Below, piece by piece: positions 29,147 to 38,569 of a stretch of 64,000 nt of DNA (position 1 is its first letter; every line of letters starts with the position of its first letter). Source of the DNA: an uncultured delta proteobacterium (GTDB lineage: Bacteria; Desulfobacterota; RBG-13-43-22); the NCBI GenBank assembly GCA_963790475.1, contig CAWBOS010000015.1:160001-224000 (forward strand), written 5' to 3'. The translations under genes were made by a program, and so were the position numbers. The notes under the pieces were generated by a model. The model did not search any database. It saw only the letters and a program-made list of their open reading frames with translations, and was not told the origin of the DNA.

Positions 29147-29744
29147 ATTAAAGCTGCCTGCTCTGCTGGGTTGGAAAACTCTCATCTTCCATGGGGGCGG
29201 CCCCCATCTACCTTAGTCCGGATCACTTCATAGAAATCTTTGGCTTTTTACCCTATTTCCATAATCTCCCGATCAACCAGCCATCCTACTCGCAAGTAAG
29301 GGTCACCGGGATAGACAATTACGAGTCAAGACCGGTTTAATCTGGTTTTTTTTAAATGGGACTTTCGAAGGACAAAGAAGTTAAAAAAAACCAACCGATG
29401 TGCTATTCAGGCCCTCTGGCCTAGGCCTACTGATGATATTTTGTGACAACCTGTTAAGAGGGATCATTATAGGAAAAGGGATGGGAAAAGAATGCGCCGA
29501 TGATCCAAGCGCTGAGGGGGGGGCATCCACATGGAGCAAACATCACTTCTTTGCGCGATTACAAATCCGTCAAAGCTGAGGTGGTCCCAAAAACCGGACA
29601 AGGTGATAATCTCTAAGTCAGCGAAATGGAAGGAGTTGCCCCCAAGAAAAAACGCAAACAACACTCCCCGAATTCTAGAGGAGTTAAATGGGCGAGGGGC
29701 TCTCTCACGAAGATAAAGTTTTTGGATAGTCCCCGGGTTGGGAC

Positions 29745-30032
29745 CTAAGGGGAGGCATCTTCTCCGCTTAACTCTTTCCAGGCCTGTCGAAGGGTGGAAG
29801 TCCACGGTTTTCTACTTGATCTTAGACTAAAAAAAATCCATCCAATTAATCCAAAAAGAAACATACCCATAAAGATTATATTTTGTATGTTGAAATACCA
29901 ATCTGGGGCGGTGTCTTTCCAACCGATTACTTCGGCCAGAAAAAAATGCCAAGAAAAATTTAACAGAATTCCTCCTACGATCCCTTGGATTGTTACTACA
30001 GGGATCATGATAATCTTTTTTATAATAGTCAT
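29745..30032 (-). CDS. Hypothetical two-TM membrane protein
   Basis: Two hydrophobic segments; AT-rich; no family recognised. Confidence 0.45.
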   Translation of the reverse strand: MTIIKKIIMIPVVTIQGIVGGILLNFSWHFFLAEVIGWKDTAPDWYFNIQNIIFMGMFLFGLIGWIFFSLRSSRKPWTSTLRQAWKELSGEDASP

Positions 30033-30382
30033 TGATGGCCTGGGGAATCTGCTTTTTTAATGATATTGTTTCTCAGACAGCTTTTATTGTGCCTTTTGAA
30101 TATCTATCCAACCCCTAATCTGAAACAAATTTTTTAGAATAGGTTGCCTCAAACGGGGACAGAAAGAAATAATGGGAGGACCTTATTTATGGGAAAAAAA
30201 TGTTATATTTTTGAGGTAGAGGATAATACATTAGGGTAGTCCCCAAGAACTGGACAATGGGATAAGCTCCGAATCAACCTGAGGTTTTTTGTTCGAGGAC
30301 AAAAAATAAAGCAGTCCCTTAAATAGGTCCGCATTAATTTTTATGTATTTTCACTATGATGTCCTATTAAAGAGGGCTGTAG

Positions 30383-30412
30383 AAAAAAAAGGCCCGACTG
30401 GGGAGCCGGGCC
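30383..30412 (-). terminator. Intrinsic terminator
   Basis: GGCCCG..CGGGCC stem with an A8 run on the + strand, just past the 30421 stop. Confidence 0.75.
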
Positions 30413-30420
30413 GGAAAGAG

Positions 30421-30633
30421 TTATCTAGATGTGTCACTTTTCGATTGGGGAAATTTGAGTTTCCCTTCACCGGGCACACTTTTGGGATTTACAAGCCTTG
30501 AGGCATCATCCACACAATTCTTTTTTTCCTCATCACTCAATGAATTTGGATCCCGCAGTGCCTCCCAGGGACAGAAAAATCTATTTCCCGCCTTGTCCTT
30601 TACCCATACTAAGGGTTCCGTCTTTAAAGCCAT
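30421..30633 (-). CDS. Small hypothetical protein
   Basis: Strong SD (AAAGGAGG) and its own terminator; WVKDKAGNRFFCP..ALRDP. Confidence 0.75.
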   Translation of the reverse strand: MALKTEPLVWVKDKAGNRFFCPWEALRDPNSLSDEEKKNCVDDASRLVNPKSVPGEGKLKFPQSKSDTSR

Positions 30634-31275
30634 AGTCCTCCTTTCTGTCGAGCAGAATGAATTGCCCTTTTAATGAGATCAGTTGCCAACTTTGTTGCTA
30701 TTATTATTTACAACGAAATCAAACGCAATAATGTGAAACCAGTATTTATCATCTAATCACCTCCTCCCCTTAAGTACAGTGAAGCTTCCGCGGGAGAGTT
30801 GGGGGAAAACCTCCTTCTTGACAATGAAACCCTCTCCAGGGCCTTTGTTAGGCTCACAGATAGCAATGCTGGGTGTTCAATGGTTTTTCTTCGGAGGTAA
30901 TTTTATTTTCGGTTGCATCGCTGCTGGCACTGTTGTTTATGGTATTATCAGGGAGTTCCCTCGGTCTTGGCGCCTGACAATCCCGGGGGAAAAAAATGAT
31001 TGAGCCTATCATTCGGCGGAGTTCAAATGTGCCTTTGGAAAAACAATTTTAATTGGGATAGAATAAAATTCAGGATGCCTAGAATCCCTTTTCATTCAGG
31101 GAAATACTCTTTGAGGCGTCTCATCTTCAGATAGCGCAATATATTGAGTTCAAAGAGCAATCTTCAACTTTCCTGGCCCACCGCGGATTCAAAGAATTCG
31201 CAGATGTGCCTCCCTTCCAAGCTTATTATGACACTGCCGGTCTACTCAAGTAATGGCCTGGACAAATTTAGTTGG

Positions 31276-31551
31276 TCAGGGTTTTAAGGTAACCAGGGTT
31301 GCCCCCCAGCCTCCGGCCTCGTCACCGGCCGACTGAAAAAAGCTTACTTCGGGGATTCGTTCAAGGATGGCCTGGACCGTTCGTCTCAAAGTCCCACTGC
31401 CTTTGCCATGAATTATGCGCACCTGAAGGATACCTTCCTCTCGACAGGCCGCTAAGTATTCGGGAATGAGGTCCTTGACTTCGTTAGGGCGAAAGGTGTG
31501 CAGGTCCAGGATACCGTCAATAGGTAATTTAATAGGGTCGTTTTGGACCAT
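31276..31551 (-). CDS. Smr domain protein
   Basis: LDLHTF, IIHGKGSG, GGWGAT. Confidence 0.92.
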   Translation of the reverse strand: MVQNDPIKLPIDGILDLHTFRPNEVKDLIPEYLAACREEGILQVRIIHGKGSGTLRRTVQAILERIPEVSFFQSAGDEAGGWGATLVTLKP

Positions 31552-31553
31552 AA

Positions 31554-32672
31554 TTATTCAAATAATAAAGGCAGGCGGTCGGCCACCAGAAAGCCCTTCA
31601 ATGTCGGAACAAGATGGCTGCCAGTTATCGTCGCCCAATCATTGTTGAGGAATTTTGGCAAAATTTTTCCCAGGTTCAGCTTGTCACCTAACCGATTAAG
31701 ATCCAACCCGGACTGTGTCCTTAACCCCAGACTGATCCATTCCATTAGGACCTGTTCCTCATCAAGCTCTTCCTGTCCCTCTATCGGGGCCAGTCCTTCT
31801 TCCAGGGTCCGGCAATATTGATTAATAGACCGGACATTCCACCAGCGACGGTTTTCCTTAAAGGAATGAGCCGAAGGCCCCAACCCCAGATAGGGGAGCC
31901 GCTGCCAATATTTTTGATTGTGCCTGGAAAAGTATTTTTCGTCCCGGGCGAAATTGGAAATTTCATAGTGGATATACCCGCGGTCTTCCAGAAACCGGGC
32001 GGTGGTCAGGAAAAAAGTCTCTTCCATCGCCTCGCTGATGGATCTAAGGTTTCCTTTTTCTTTCATCCCCCAGAAAAGGGTTCCTTTGGCGATGGTCAAT
32101 TGATAACAGGACAGGTGTTCGGGATTAAAAGCCAGGGCCTTATTCAGACCGGCCAACCATTCCTCCTTCTCCTGTCCCGGAAGACCGTAGATAAGGTCTA
32201 TTCCAAGGTTAGTAAAACCAGCTTCCCGAATCCAGTCTATTGCTTTTTCTGCCTCACTTGCGGTATGTCGTCTTCTTAGAAATAACAACTCCTGTTGGTC
32301 AAAAGATTGAACTCCCAGACTGATCCGGTTGACCCCCAAATCGCGATACGTTTTTAATTTAGAAGGATTCAAATCATTGGGATTGGCTTCGAGGGTGATC
32401 TCCGAGCCGGGATCAAGAGAATACCTTTCCCGGATTAGGTTTAGGAGGCTCCCGATCTGTTGTTCGGAAAGTCCTGACGGGCTCCCCCCGCCCAAATAGA
32501 GGGTATCAAAGACGCGGAATCGGTCTTGATATATTTCAAATTCCTTTTTAAGGGCATCCAGCCAGCGAGGAATCAAAGAATGATCCGTATGAGAATAAAA
32601 ATCACAATAGGGGCATTTGCTCTGGCAGAAGGGGACATGAAGGTAAAGTCCTGAGGGGATATCGCCTGTCAT
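31554..32672 (-). CDS. hemW: Radical SAM heme chaperone HemW (HemN-like)
   Basis: LYLHVPFCQSKCPYCDF, YLGGGSPS, EANP, YEISNF, HNQKYW; start reassigned to ATG 32672. Confidence 0.9.
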   Translation of the reverse strand: MTGDIPSGLYLHVPFCQSKCPYCDFYSHTDHSLIPRWLDALKKEFEIYQDRFRVFDTLYLGGGSPSGLSEQQIGSLLNLIRERYSLDPGSEITLEANPNDLNPSKLKTYRDLGVNRISLGVQSFDQQELLFLRRRHTASEAEKAIDWIREAGFTNLGIDLIYGLPGQEKEEWLAGLNKALAFNPEHLSCYQLTIAKGTLFWGMKEKGNLRSISEAMEETFFLTTARFLEDRGYIHYEISNFARDEKYFSRHNQKYWQRLPYLGLGPSAHSFKENRRWWNVRSINQYCRTLEEGLAPIEGQEELDEEQVLMEWISLGLRTQSGLDLNRLGDKLNLGKILPKFLNNDWATITGSHLVPTLKGFLVADRLPLLFE

Positions 32673-32718
32673 TGTGGTTTCAGAAAAAGGTCTCAAGACA
32701 ACTTGTAACCTGAAGTTT

Positions 32719-33165
32719 TTAAACCAATCTACTCGATTTTTTGTAAAACCTTTTTTCAAGGTAACAGGTAATGGCCATTCGACTGGCCTCAAAATGCGGG
32801 CTTGGCAGGTGCGTTGGATCCACCCACACCCACCCTTCACATTTTTCCGGCTCCATGATTTTTAGCTCACCGGAAAATTCCTGAACAAGTAATATAATCG
32901 AAATATAATGTAACCCCTCGTTGCGATAAGTCTCCAAATTATTAGTGACCGTGATTACTTTCGGATTTTTAATATCAAGATCCGTTTCTTCCTTGATTTC
33001 TCTTTTCGCTCCGGCCTCGAATGTTTCACCCATGTCAAGATTTCCACCTGGGATGGAATAGTAGGGTGCGTGGCTGCCTTTTCTTTTGCCTGTCAGGACC
33101 TTTCCGTCGTGGTTTACGATAATAACGCCTATTCCAACTCTCGGTCTGTGTTTTGAGTCTGACAT
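32719..33165 (-). CDS. NUDIX hydrolase (MutT/NUDT15-like)
   Basis: PGGNLDMGETFEAGAKREIKEETDL Nudix box; EPEKCEGW. Confidence 0.9.
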   Translation of the reverse strand: MSDSKHRPRVGIGVIIVNHDGKVLTGKRKGSHAPYYSIPGGNLDMGETFEAGAKREIKEETDLDIKNPKVITVTNNLETYRNEGLHYISIILLVQEFSGELKIMEPEKCEGWVWVDPTHLPSPHFEASRMAITCYLEKRFYKKSSRLV

Positions 33166-33273
33166 ATGGTGATAAATTTTACTTAAAAGTTTTCGTATAA
33201 CGTTTCCCTAAGGAGGCACTCGGGCAACAGCGACCAAGCCTTAAAGGTACAACATTACGATAACAATAATACA

Positions 33274-35070
33274 TCAATCCGTATCCGATTTTAAGACGGC
33301 TACAAAGGCGCCCTGGGGGATTTCCACCGAGCCGACCATCTTCATCCGCTGTTTACCTTTTTTCTGTTTTTCGAGGAGCTTTCGCTTTCGGGTGATATCC
33401 CCGCCGTAACATTTGGCAGTGACGTCTTTCCGAAAGGCGGAGATGGTTGAACGGGCGATGATGGTCCCGCCGATGGCCCCCTGAATGGGGATCTTGAACA
33501 TCTGCCGGGGAATTTCATCCTTCAGCCGGTCGCAGATCTGCACCGCCCGGGTCCGGGCCCGGTCTCGGTGGACCATCAATGATAGGGCATCCACTTTCTC
33601 GCCGTTGACTAAGATATCCAGTTTCACCAGATCGCTGGTCCGATATCCGATCAGCTCGTAATCAAAAGAGCCGTATCCCCGGGTCAGACTTTTCAATTTG
33701 TCGTAAAAATCATAAATGACTTCGGCCAGGGGCAGGTCGTATTTGAGTTCCACCCGGCCCGGTGTGGGATAGTGCATCTGGGGGTTGGTCCCCCGGCGTT
33801 CCCGGCACAGGCTCATGATATTGCCCAGATAGGTATCGGGGATCATAATGGTGGCCCGGATAAAAGGTTCTTCGGAGTAGTCGATGGTCATGGGGTCGGG
33901 ATAGTATTGGGGGTTGTCGACAATGACCGTTTCCCCGTCCTTGAGGTGATAGCGGTACTGGACACTGGGCACGGTCATAATGATAGACTGGTTATATTCC
34001 CGTTCCAGACGCTCCTGGACGATTTCCAGATGGAGCAGCCCGAGGAAACCGCAGCGAAATCCCTGCCCCAGGGCAGCGGAAGAATCCTTTTGATAGATCA
34101 GGGCCGCATCATTGAGCTTATATTTTTCCAGGGCCTCAGTCAGCGATTGATAATCCTCGGAGGAAATAGGATAGATGGAGGAAAAGACCACCGGTTTGAC
34201 TTCTTTGAACCCGTGTAAAGGGGCTGGGGCCGGATTATTGTCCAGGGTAATGGTGTCGCCGATCCGGGTGTCGCTGACGGTTTTAATGCCGGCGATTAGA
34301 TACCCCACCTCGCCGGCGGAAAGCGCCTTCCTCGGTTCGCGAACCAATCGGAAAAGCCCCACCTCTTCCACCAGGTAGGTGGCTCCAAAAAACATCAAGC
34401 GGATGGTGTCCCCCGGATGGACTGATCCATTGAATATCCGGCAACTGACTATAGTCCCGCGGAAGGGGTCATAATGGGCATCAAAGATCAGGGCAGTCAA
34501 GGGGACATCGGGGTCCCCTGTGGGCGGGGGAATCCGCTCAGTGATGGCTTCCAGGATCTCCTCGATCCCGATCCCTTCCTTGGCCGAACACAGAAGGGCC
34601 GAATCGGAATCCAGGCCCAGATCGATTTCAATCTCTTCCTTGACCCGTTCGATATCCGCCGAAGGCAGATCGATCTTATTTATTACCGGAATGATGGTCA
34701 GGTCCTGTTCCACGGCGGCATACATATTGGCCAGGGTCTGGGCCTGCACCCCCTGGGCGGCATCGATTAACAGCAGCACCCCTTCGCAGGAGGCCAGGGC
34801 CCTGGAAACCTCATAGGAAAAATCCACATGCCCCGGTGTGTCGATCAGGTTCAGATCGAATTCTTCCCCTTTTTTGTTGATATAGGGAAGGGTAACGGTG
34901 TTGCTCTTGATGGTGATGCCCCGTTCCCGTTCGATGTCCATGGTATCCAGGATCTGGTCGCGGAACCCCCGCTGATCCACCAGACCGGCGTATTGAATCA
35001 AACGGTCGGCCAGGGTGGACTTACCGTGATCGATATGGGCGATAATGCTGAAATTACGTATCTGTTTCAT
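33274..35070 (-). CDS. lepA: Translation elongation factor 4 (LepA)
   Basis: [46 protein letters not shown]. Confidence 0.98.
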   Translation of the reverse strand: MKQIRNFSIIAHIDHGKSTLADRLIQYAGLVDQRGFRDQILDTMDIERERGITIKSNTVTLPYINKKGEEFDLNLIDTPGHVDFSYEVSRALASCEGVLLLIDAAQGVQAQTLANMYAAVEQDLTIIPVINKIDLPSADIERVKEEIEIDLGLDSDSALLCSAKEGIGIEEILEAITERIPPPTGDPDVPLTALIFDAHYDPFRGTIVSCRIFNGSVHPGDTIRLMFFGATYLVEEVGLFRLVREPRKALSAGEVGYLIAGIKTVSDTRIGDTITLDNNPAPAPLHGFKEVKPVVFSSIYPISSEDYQSLTEALEKYKLNDAALIYQKDSSAALGQGFRCGFLGLLHLEIVQERLEREYNQSIIMTVPSVQYRYHLKDGETVIVDNPQYYPDPMTIDYSEEPFIRATIMIPDTYLGNIMSLCRERRGTNPQMHYPTPGRVELKYDLPLAEVIYDFYDKLKSLTRGYGSFDYELIGYRTSDLVKLDILVNGEKVDALSLMVHRDRARTRAVQICDRLKDEIPRQMFKIPIQGAIGGTIIARSTISAFRKDVTAKCYGGDITRKRKLLEKQKKGKQRMKMVGSVEIPQGAFVAVLKSDTD

Positions 35071-35079
35071 AAGGTTGAA

Positions 35080-35177
35080 AAGGGTTCGAGGATTCGAGGG
35101 GTCAGGGGTTCAAGTTTTTTTGATTTCTTTTCACTCCGCCTTGCGGTCCTTGAAACCTCGACCCCATGACCCCTGAA
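35080..35177. repeat. Octamer-tandem inverted repeat element, copy 2
   Basis: GGGTTCGA GGATTCGA GGGGTCAG GGGTTCAA ... CCTTGAAA CCTCGACC CCATGACC CCTG. Confidence 0.75.
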
Positions 35178-35178
35178 T

Positions 35179-35622
35179 TTAAGGGTTTAAAAGTTTGAAT
35201 CCCAGGTCCGATTCCAATTTACGCAGGGCCGTGGTCTCCAACAGTTCTATAAGCACAACTTCGGCTATCTGCCAGACCTTTACCCCGGTTCGGACACAAC
35301 CGGTTATGGTGACATCTTTCCGGCCTCCGGCCACATGCATATGCAGCATCGGTTTTCCCTCGTCATCCGGAAACAGGGTCCCGGTCCCGACGATCTCATG
35401 AACATCATTCAGTTCATAGGTCATGGGATTCACCGGTGTGGCCCGCCCGTCTTCCGGGCCGACCACTAGGCGGCTTTGCCTGTCGGCCCCGCCGAGAACG
35501 ATCATAAATGCGGCCTTGATTCCCTGACCGGCGGCAAAGTGTTCAAGAGTTTCGTGGAGTATTTCCCCGTCTTCCAGCCGAATGACAAAAATGCGTCCTT
35601 GTTTGGCCTGTGAATATTTCAA
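35179..35622 (-). CDS. PPC/DUF296 domain protein
   Basis: GRIFVIRLEDGE, HEIVGTGT, LHMHV. Confidence 0.88.
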   Translation of the reverse strand: MKYSQAKQGRIFVIRLEDGEILHETLEHFAAGQGIKAAFMIVLGGADRQSRLVVGPEDGRATPVNPMTYELNDVHEIVGTGTLFPDDEGKPMLHMHVAGGRKDVTITGCVRTGVKVWQIAEVVLIELLETTALRKLESDLGFKLLNP

Positions 35623-35779
35623 GTTTAATTACCTTAAAGATTAAAATCGGGGATGAACTCAGAAGGAACAGCCGCTTGGAAGTAAGATACTACAAATAGG
35701 TGAAAAACGAAAGAATTAATTTTCTCCAAGTATTGTTTTTCCCTTGAACTTTTCATGATGGGGCTTTTTAATGGAACTT

Positions 35780-35843
35780 GTCTGACAAGAAATTCAAAAA
35801 GGAGGGGCAAAAGGCCGCCGCGCCCCTTGTCTTTCTGTTAGCC
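35780..35843 (+). mobile_element. Degenerate integron attC site
   Basis: GTCTGAC...GGGGC..GCCCC...GTTAGCC, 64 bp, imperfect palindrome ending in a GTT core. Confidence 0.55.
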
Positions 35844-35855
35844 GAGCAAATCGAT

Positions 35856-35902
35856 TTGACTTACATAGTGATGTGGATTAGAATAGCTATAAAAACCCAC
35901 AT
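35856..35902 (+). promoter_or_regulatory. TA operon promoter (TTGACT-17-TAGAAT) with inverted-repeat operator
   Basis: ATGTGGAT (35871) ... ACCCACAT (35902) flanking the -10 element. Confidence 0.75.
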
Positions 35903-35919
35903 TATTATAGAGGTGCCCT

Positions 35920-36153
35920 ATGAGAACCATTCAGATGACCCTTGACGATGATCTTGTCAAAGCGGTCGACCGCGTTTCAAAGGAACTCCGCACCAGCCGC
36001 TCTGCCTTCGCCAGAAAGGCGCTTCGTGACGCGCTTGCCCGTTATAGTCGTGACCAACTGGAACGTAAACATCGTCGGGGGTATGAACGGTACCCGGTTA
36101 CTGCCGATGAGTTCTCTGTTTGGGAGAGTGAGCAAGCTTGGGGTGATGAATGA
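35920..36153 (+). CDS. Ribbon-helix-helix antitoxin
   Basis: MRTIQMTLDDDL..VD...SRSAFARKAL; ATGA overlap with the toxin. Confidence 0.88.
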   Translation: MRTIQMTLDDDLVKAVDRVSKELRTSRSAFARKALRDALARYSRDQLERKHRRGYERYPVTADEFSVWESEQAWGDE

Positions 36154-36461
36154 AACACGGTGAAATACGGTGGTACAAATTTATATCTCCGGATAAGAAA
36201 AGGCCGGCTCTCATCCTAACACGAGATTCCGTTATAGAATATCTTGGTGAGGTGACTATCGCCCCCATTACAACTACAATCCGTAATATACCGTCTGAAG
36301 TGTTTCTCTCAAAAGCCGAGGGCATGCTTCAAGAATGCGCTGTCAATTGTGACCACTTGCAAACAATTTCGAAGGGGAAAATTGGGGCATTGATCACTAC
36401 CTTAACGCCCGGGAAAATGGCTGATGTCGGCCGTGCAATCCGCTTTGCCCTCAATATCTGA
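36150..36461 (+). CDS. PemK/MazF family toxin
   Basis: GEIRW, KKRPALIL, TIAPITT, VNCDHLQTISK. Confidence 0.92.
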   Translation: MKHGEIRWYKFISPDKKRPALILTRDSVIEYLGEVTIAPITTTIRNIPSEVFLSKAEGMLQECAVNCDHLQTISKGKIGALITTLTPGKMADVGRAIRFALNI

Positions 36462-36469
36462 CCAGGAGC

Positions 36470-36525
36470 GGCCAACAAGGCGCTGACACAGATTGGTCCG
36501 AATACGGAGGCTCTAAGATTTGGCC
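36470..36525 (+). mobile_element. Degenerate attC site after mazF
   Basis: GGCCAACAAGGCGCTG start, 9 bp after the stop, near-complementary to the cassette start GTTAGCC; ends TTTGGCC. Confidence 0.5.
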
Positions 36526-37012
36526 GATCGACAATTAACCCATACGGGCGAAAGATTTCCATGGCTTTTCTTGGGACTGACTTATGGACTTTCTTGGCCT
36601 ATTTGGGTTCCCTTCATACTATCCGGCAAAACAGTAAACAGTCCGGTTCCTTCTCTGATTATTGCCTGCTCCGTACCGAGCCTGGTAGGAATTCTACTAA
36701 CCTATTTAACTTCTGACAGCGCCGGTAGAGTTGATTCCTGGAAACGCGTTGTCAGCTTCAAGTTAATTGGGTTAAGGTGGTACGCTGTTATTTTCTAATA
36801 CGCATCGCAGCATCTTATCGGCGGTCTTCATGCATTTCATGTTCAATTCAACCTATGGAATCATTCAGCAAGATGGCCAACCGATACCGTCGAGCACATT
36901 TGCGGCCAACACGATAATTATTGCCTTAACCGCCGGGATTGTTATCAGCCTGTGGGGATGCAAAACCATGATGTTCTGTGGTGACGGCCGGGAAGACGTG
37001 AAGGACGCCTAA
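36520..37012 (+). pseudogene. Internally deleted CPBP (CAAX protease/Abi-like) membrane protein
   Basis: N-terminal FLGLTYGLSW..PSLVGI..RWY and C-terminal MHFMFN fragments; EExxxR core missing. Confidence 0.6.
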
Positions 37013-37081
37013 TAAACCATCAAATTCAAGAGGAGACTTGAGTGAAATAGGGACCAAGCCCTATAGAAGAACGATATGAAT

Positions 37082-37142
37082 TCCTAATAAAGTGCTCAAG
37101 ATACCGGTTAAAAAGCGCTGCCCCTTTAGCTTTCCGTTAGAT
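37082..37142 (+). mobile_element. Integron attC site
   Basis: TCCTAAT-AAAGT-GCTCAAG ... TTTAGC-TTTCC-GTTAGAT, 61 bp, L boxes with an extrahelical base. Confidence 0.65.
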
Positions 37143-37195
37143 GTATTTGACAATAAGTGAGTTTGTAAGAATTTTTATAAGAAGGATTTATCCTC

Positions 37196-37614
37196 ATGAA
37201 ACCGGAAGAAATAAATTATAAAGGCTATCTGATCAGCAATAATAAAAATTTGTTATCGCTCGAAAGAATTCATGAGTTTTTATCGCGCTCATACTGGGCC
37301 GGTCAAAGATCAAAAAAGAAATTGCAGAATCAATCAAAAATTCAGAATGTTTTGGAATATATCTCAAAAATGACCAGGTGGGATTTGCCCGGATTGTTAC
37401 CGACTATTCCGTTATGTATTGGTTATGTGATGTGTTTATAGATGAAAACCACAGAAAACAGGGATTAGGGAAAAAACTGATAGAAACAATCGTAAATCAA
37501 GAGGAATTTAAGAACCTGACAGGCTTTCTGGGGACTTTGGATGCTCATCGGCTATATGAAAAGTTTGGCTTTCAAAAAGATCCGGATAGACTCATGAGGA
37601 TAAAAATTAATTAA
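37196..37614 (+). pseudogene. GNAT acetyltransferase split by a -1 frameshift at 37312-37318
   Basis: HEFLSRSYWA ... GFARIVTDY..WLCDVFI..RKQGLGK; adding one A joins the two ORFs. Confidence 0.8.
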
Positions 37615-37857
37615 ATACTATTAACTGCGGGACGATGAGCCTGGACCCCGGCTTCCGCCGGGGAGACGGCTATAAGAAGTTTGGGGTTTTGTTCCGGCGA
37701 CGTCGTAAACCCAAAGGAGGATAATTTTGATTCTGGGGGAGGATGAAAAACAGGTTCTTTTGGAAATGATTAGAAAGCTAAACAACATATAATTGTGACA
37801 TTTAGAAAACAATCATGGCGGAATAAATAAGAGAAAAAAAGAATAACGGGGAGTCCT

Positions 37858-38463
37858 TTAGCCCACAGCAAGGTTGTCCCGCAGATGGGCCGTTTCGTTC
37901 AGGCTGGCCACCGAACGCTGCCCTTTTCCGGAAGCCAAAAACCGATTGATGCTGGTATATTCCGGGGCGAAAAACAAGTTAGGTCTACTAAGGCCGAGGA
38001 CATGGGCGGCCCACAGATTGATAACCCCGCCGTGGCAAACTACAGCCACCCGATTTCCGCTGTTTTGAGAAATGATTTGTTCAAGGCTGGCCACCACTTT
38101 TTTTTGAAAGTCTTTCAGGTCATATAGGGCTCCGAAACCACCATCCACCAATTTCCGCCAGCTTTCATAATCTTTGGATCTTAGTTCTTCCAGAGGGATA
38201 TAGACCGAGGATCGATTGTCGAATTCCATAACCCCCGGTTCGATGCGGATTTCGATTCCTTTGACATTGGCCAGGGCCTGGGCAGTCATTTTGGCCCGAT
38301 TCAAGGGACTGCTGTAAAGGACATCCAGGTGTTCCGATTCCATCCAACGCGCCAGTTTCCGGGCCTGTTCGATTCCTGTTTCGCTTAATCCCGGATCGGC
38401 TGGGCTGCCGTCCTGTTTTTCGACCCTTAAGGGTAAGGCATGACGAATTAATATGAGTTCCAT
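37858..38463 (-). CDS. Histidine phosphatase family protein
   Basis: LIRHA, SSPLNRA, VCHGGVI, LNETAHL; SD before ATG 38463. Confidence 0.9.
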   Translation of the reverse strand: MELILIRHALPLRVEKQDGSPADPGLSETGIEQARKLARWMESEHLDVLYSSPLNRAKMTAQALANVKGIEIRIEPGVMEFDNRSSVYIPLEELRSKDYESWRKLVDGGFGALYDLKDFQKKVVASLEQIISQNSGNRVAVVCHGGVINLWAAHVLGLSRPNLFFAPEYTSINRFLASGKGQRSVASLNETAHLRDNLAVG

Positions 38464-38479
38464 ACTATCTCCCTTTAAA

Positions 38480-38563
38480 AAGGGTTCAAGGAGACAAGGG
38501 GTCAAGTGAAAGGCGTAGAAATAAAACCCTTGAACCCTCGAATCCTTGAACCCTTGACCCCTG
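38480..38563. repeat. Octamer-tandem inverted repeat element, copy 3
   Basis: GGGTTCAA GGAGACAA GGGGTCAA ... CCTTGAAC CCTCGAAT CCTTGAAC CCTTGACC. Confidence 0.75.
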
Positions 38564-38569
38564 CTTTTT

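Noticed and set aside
29150-29740. Short ORFs 29467..29805 and 29531..29716
   Set aside because: No motifs, and they overlap on opposite strands; probably non-coding or decayed DNA
29731-29745. CCCCGGGTTGGGACC resembling the tRNA-Glu 3' end (possible attR)
   Set aside because: Short gapped match, no integrase, and core-like genes lie in between
30312-30379. Imperfect inverted repeat CAGTCCCTTAAATAGG..CCTATTAAAGAGGGCTG
   Set aside because: Short, mismatched and without a TSD; not enough to call a MITE
32673-32840. N-terminal extension of HemW in the ORF track
   Set aside because: Overlaps the NUDIX gene; family similarity begins at Met 32672
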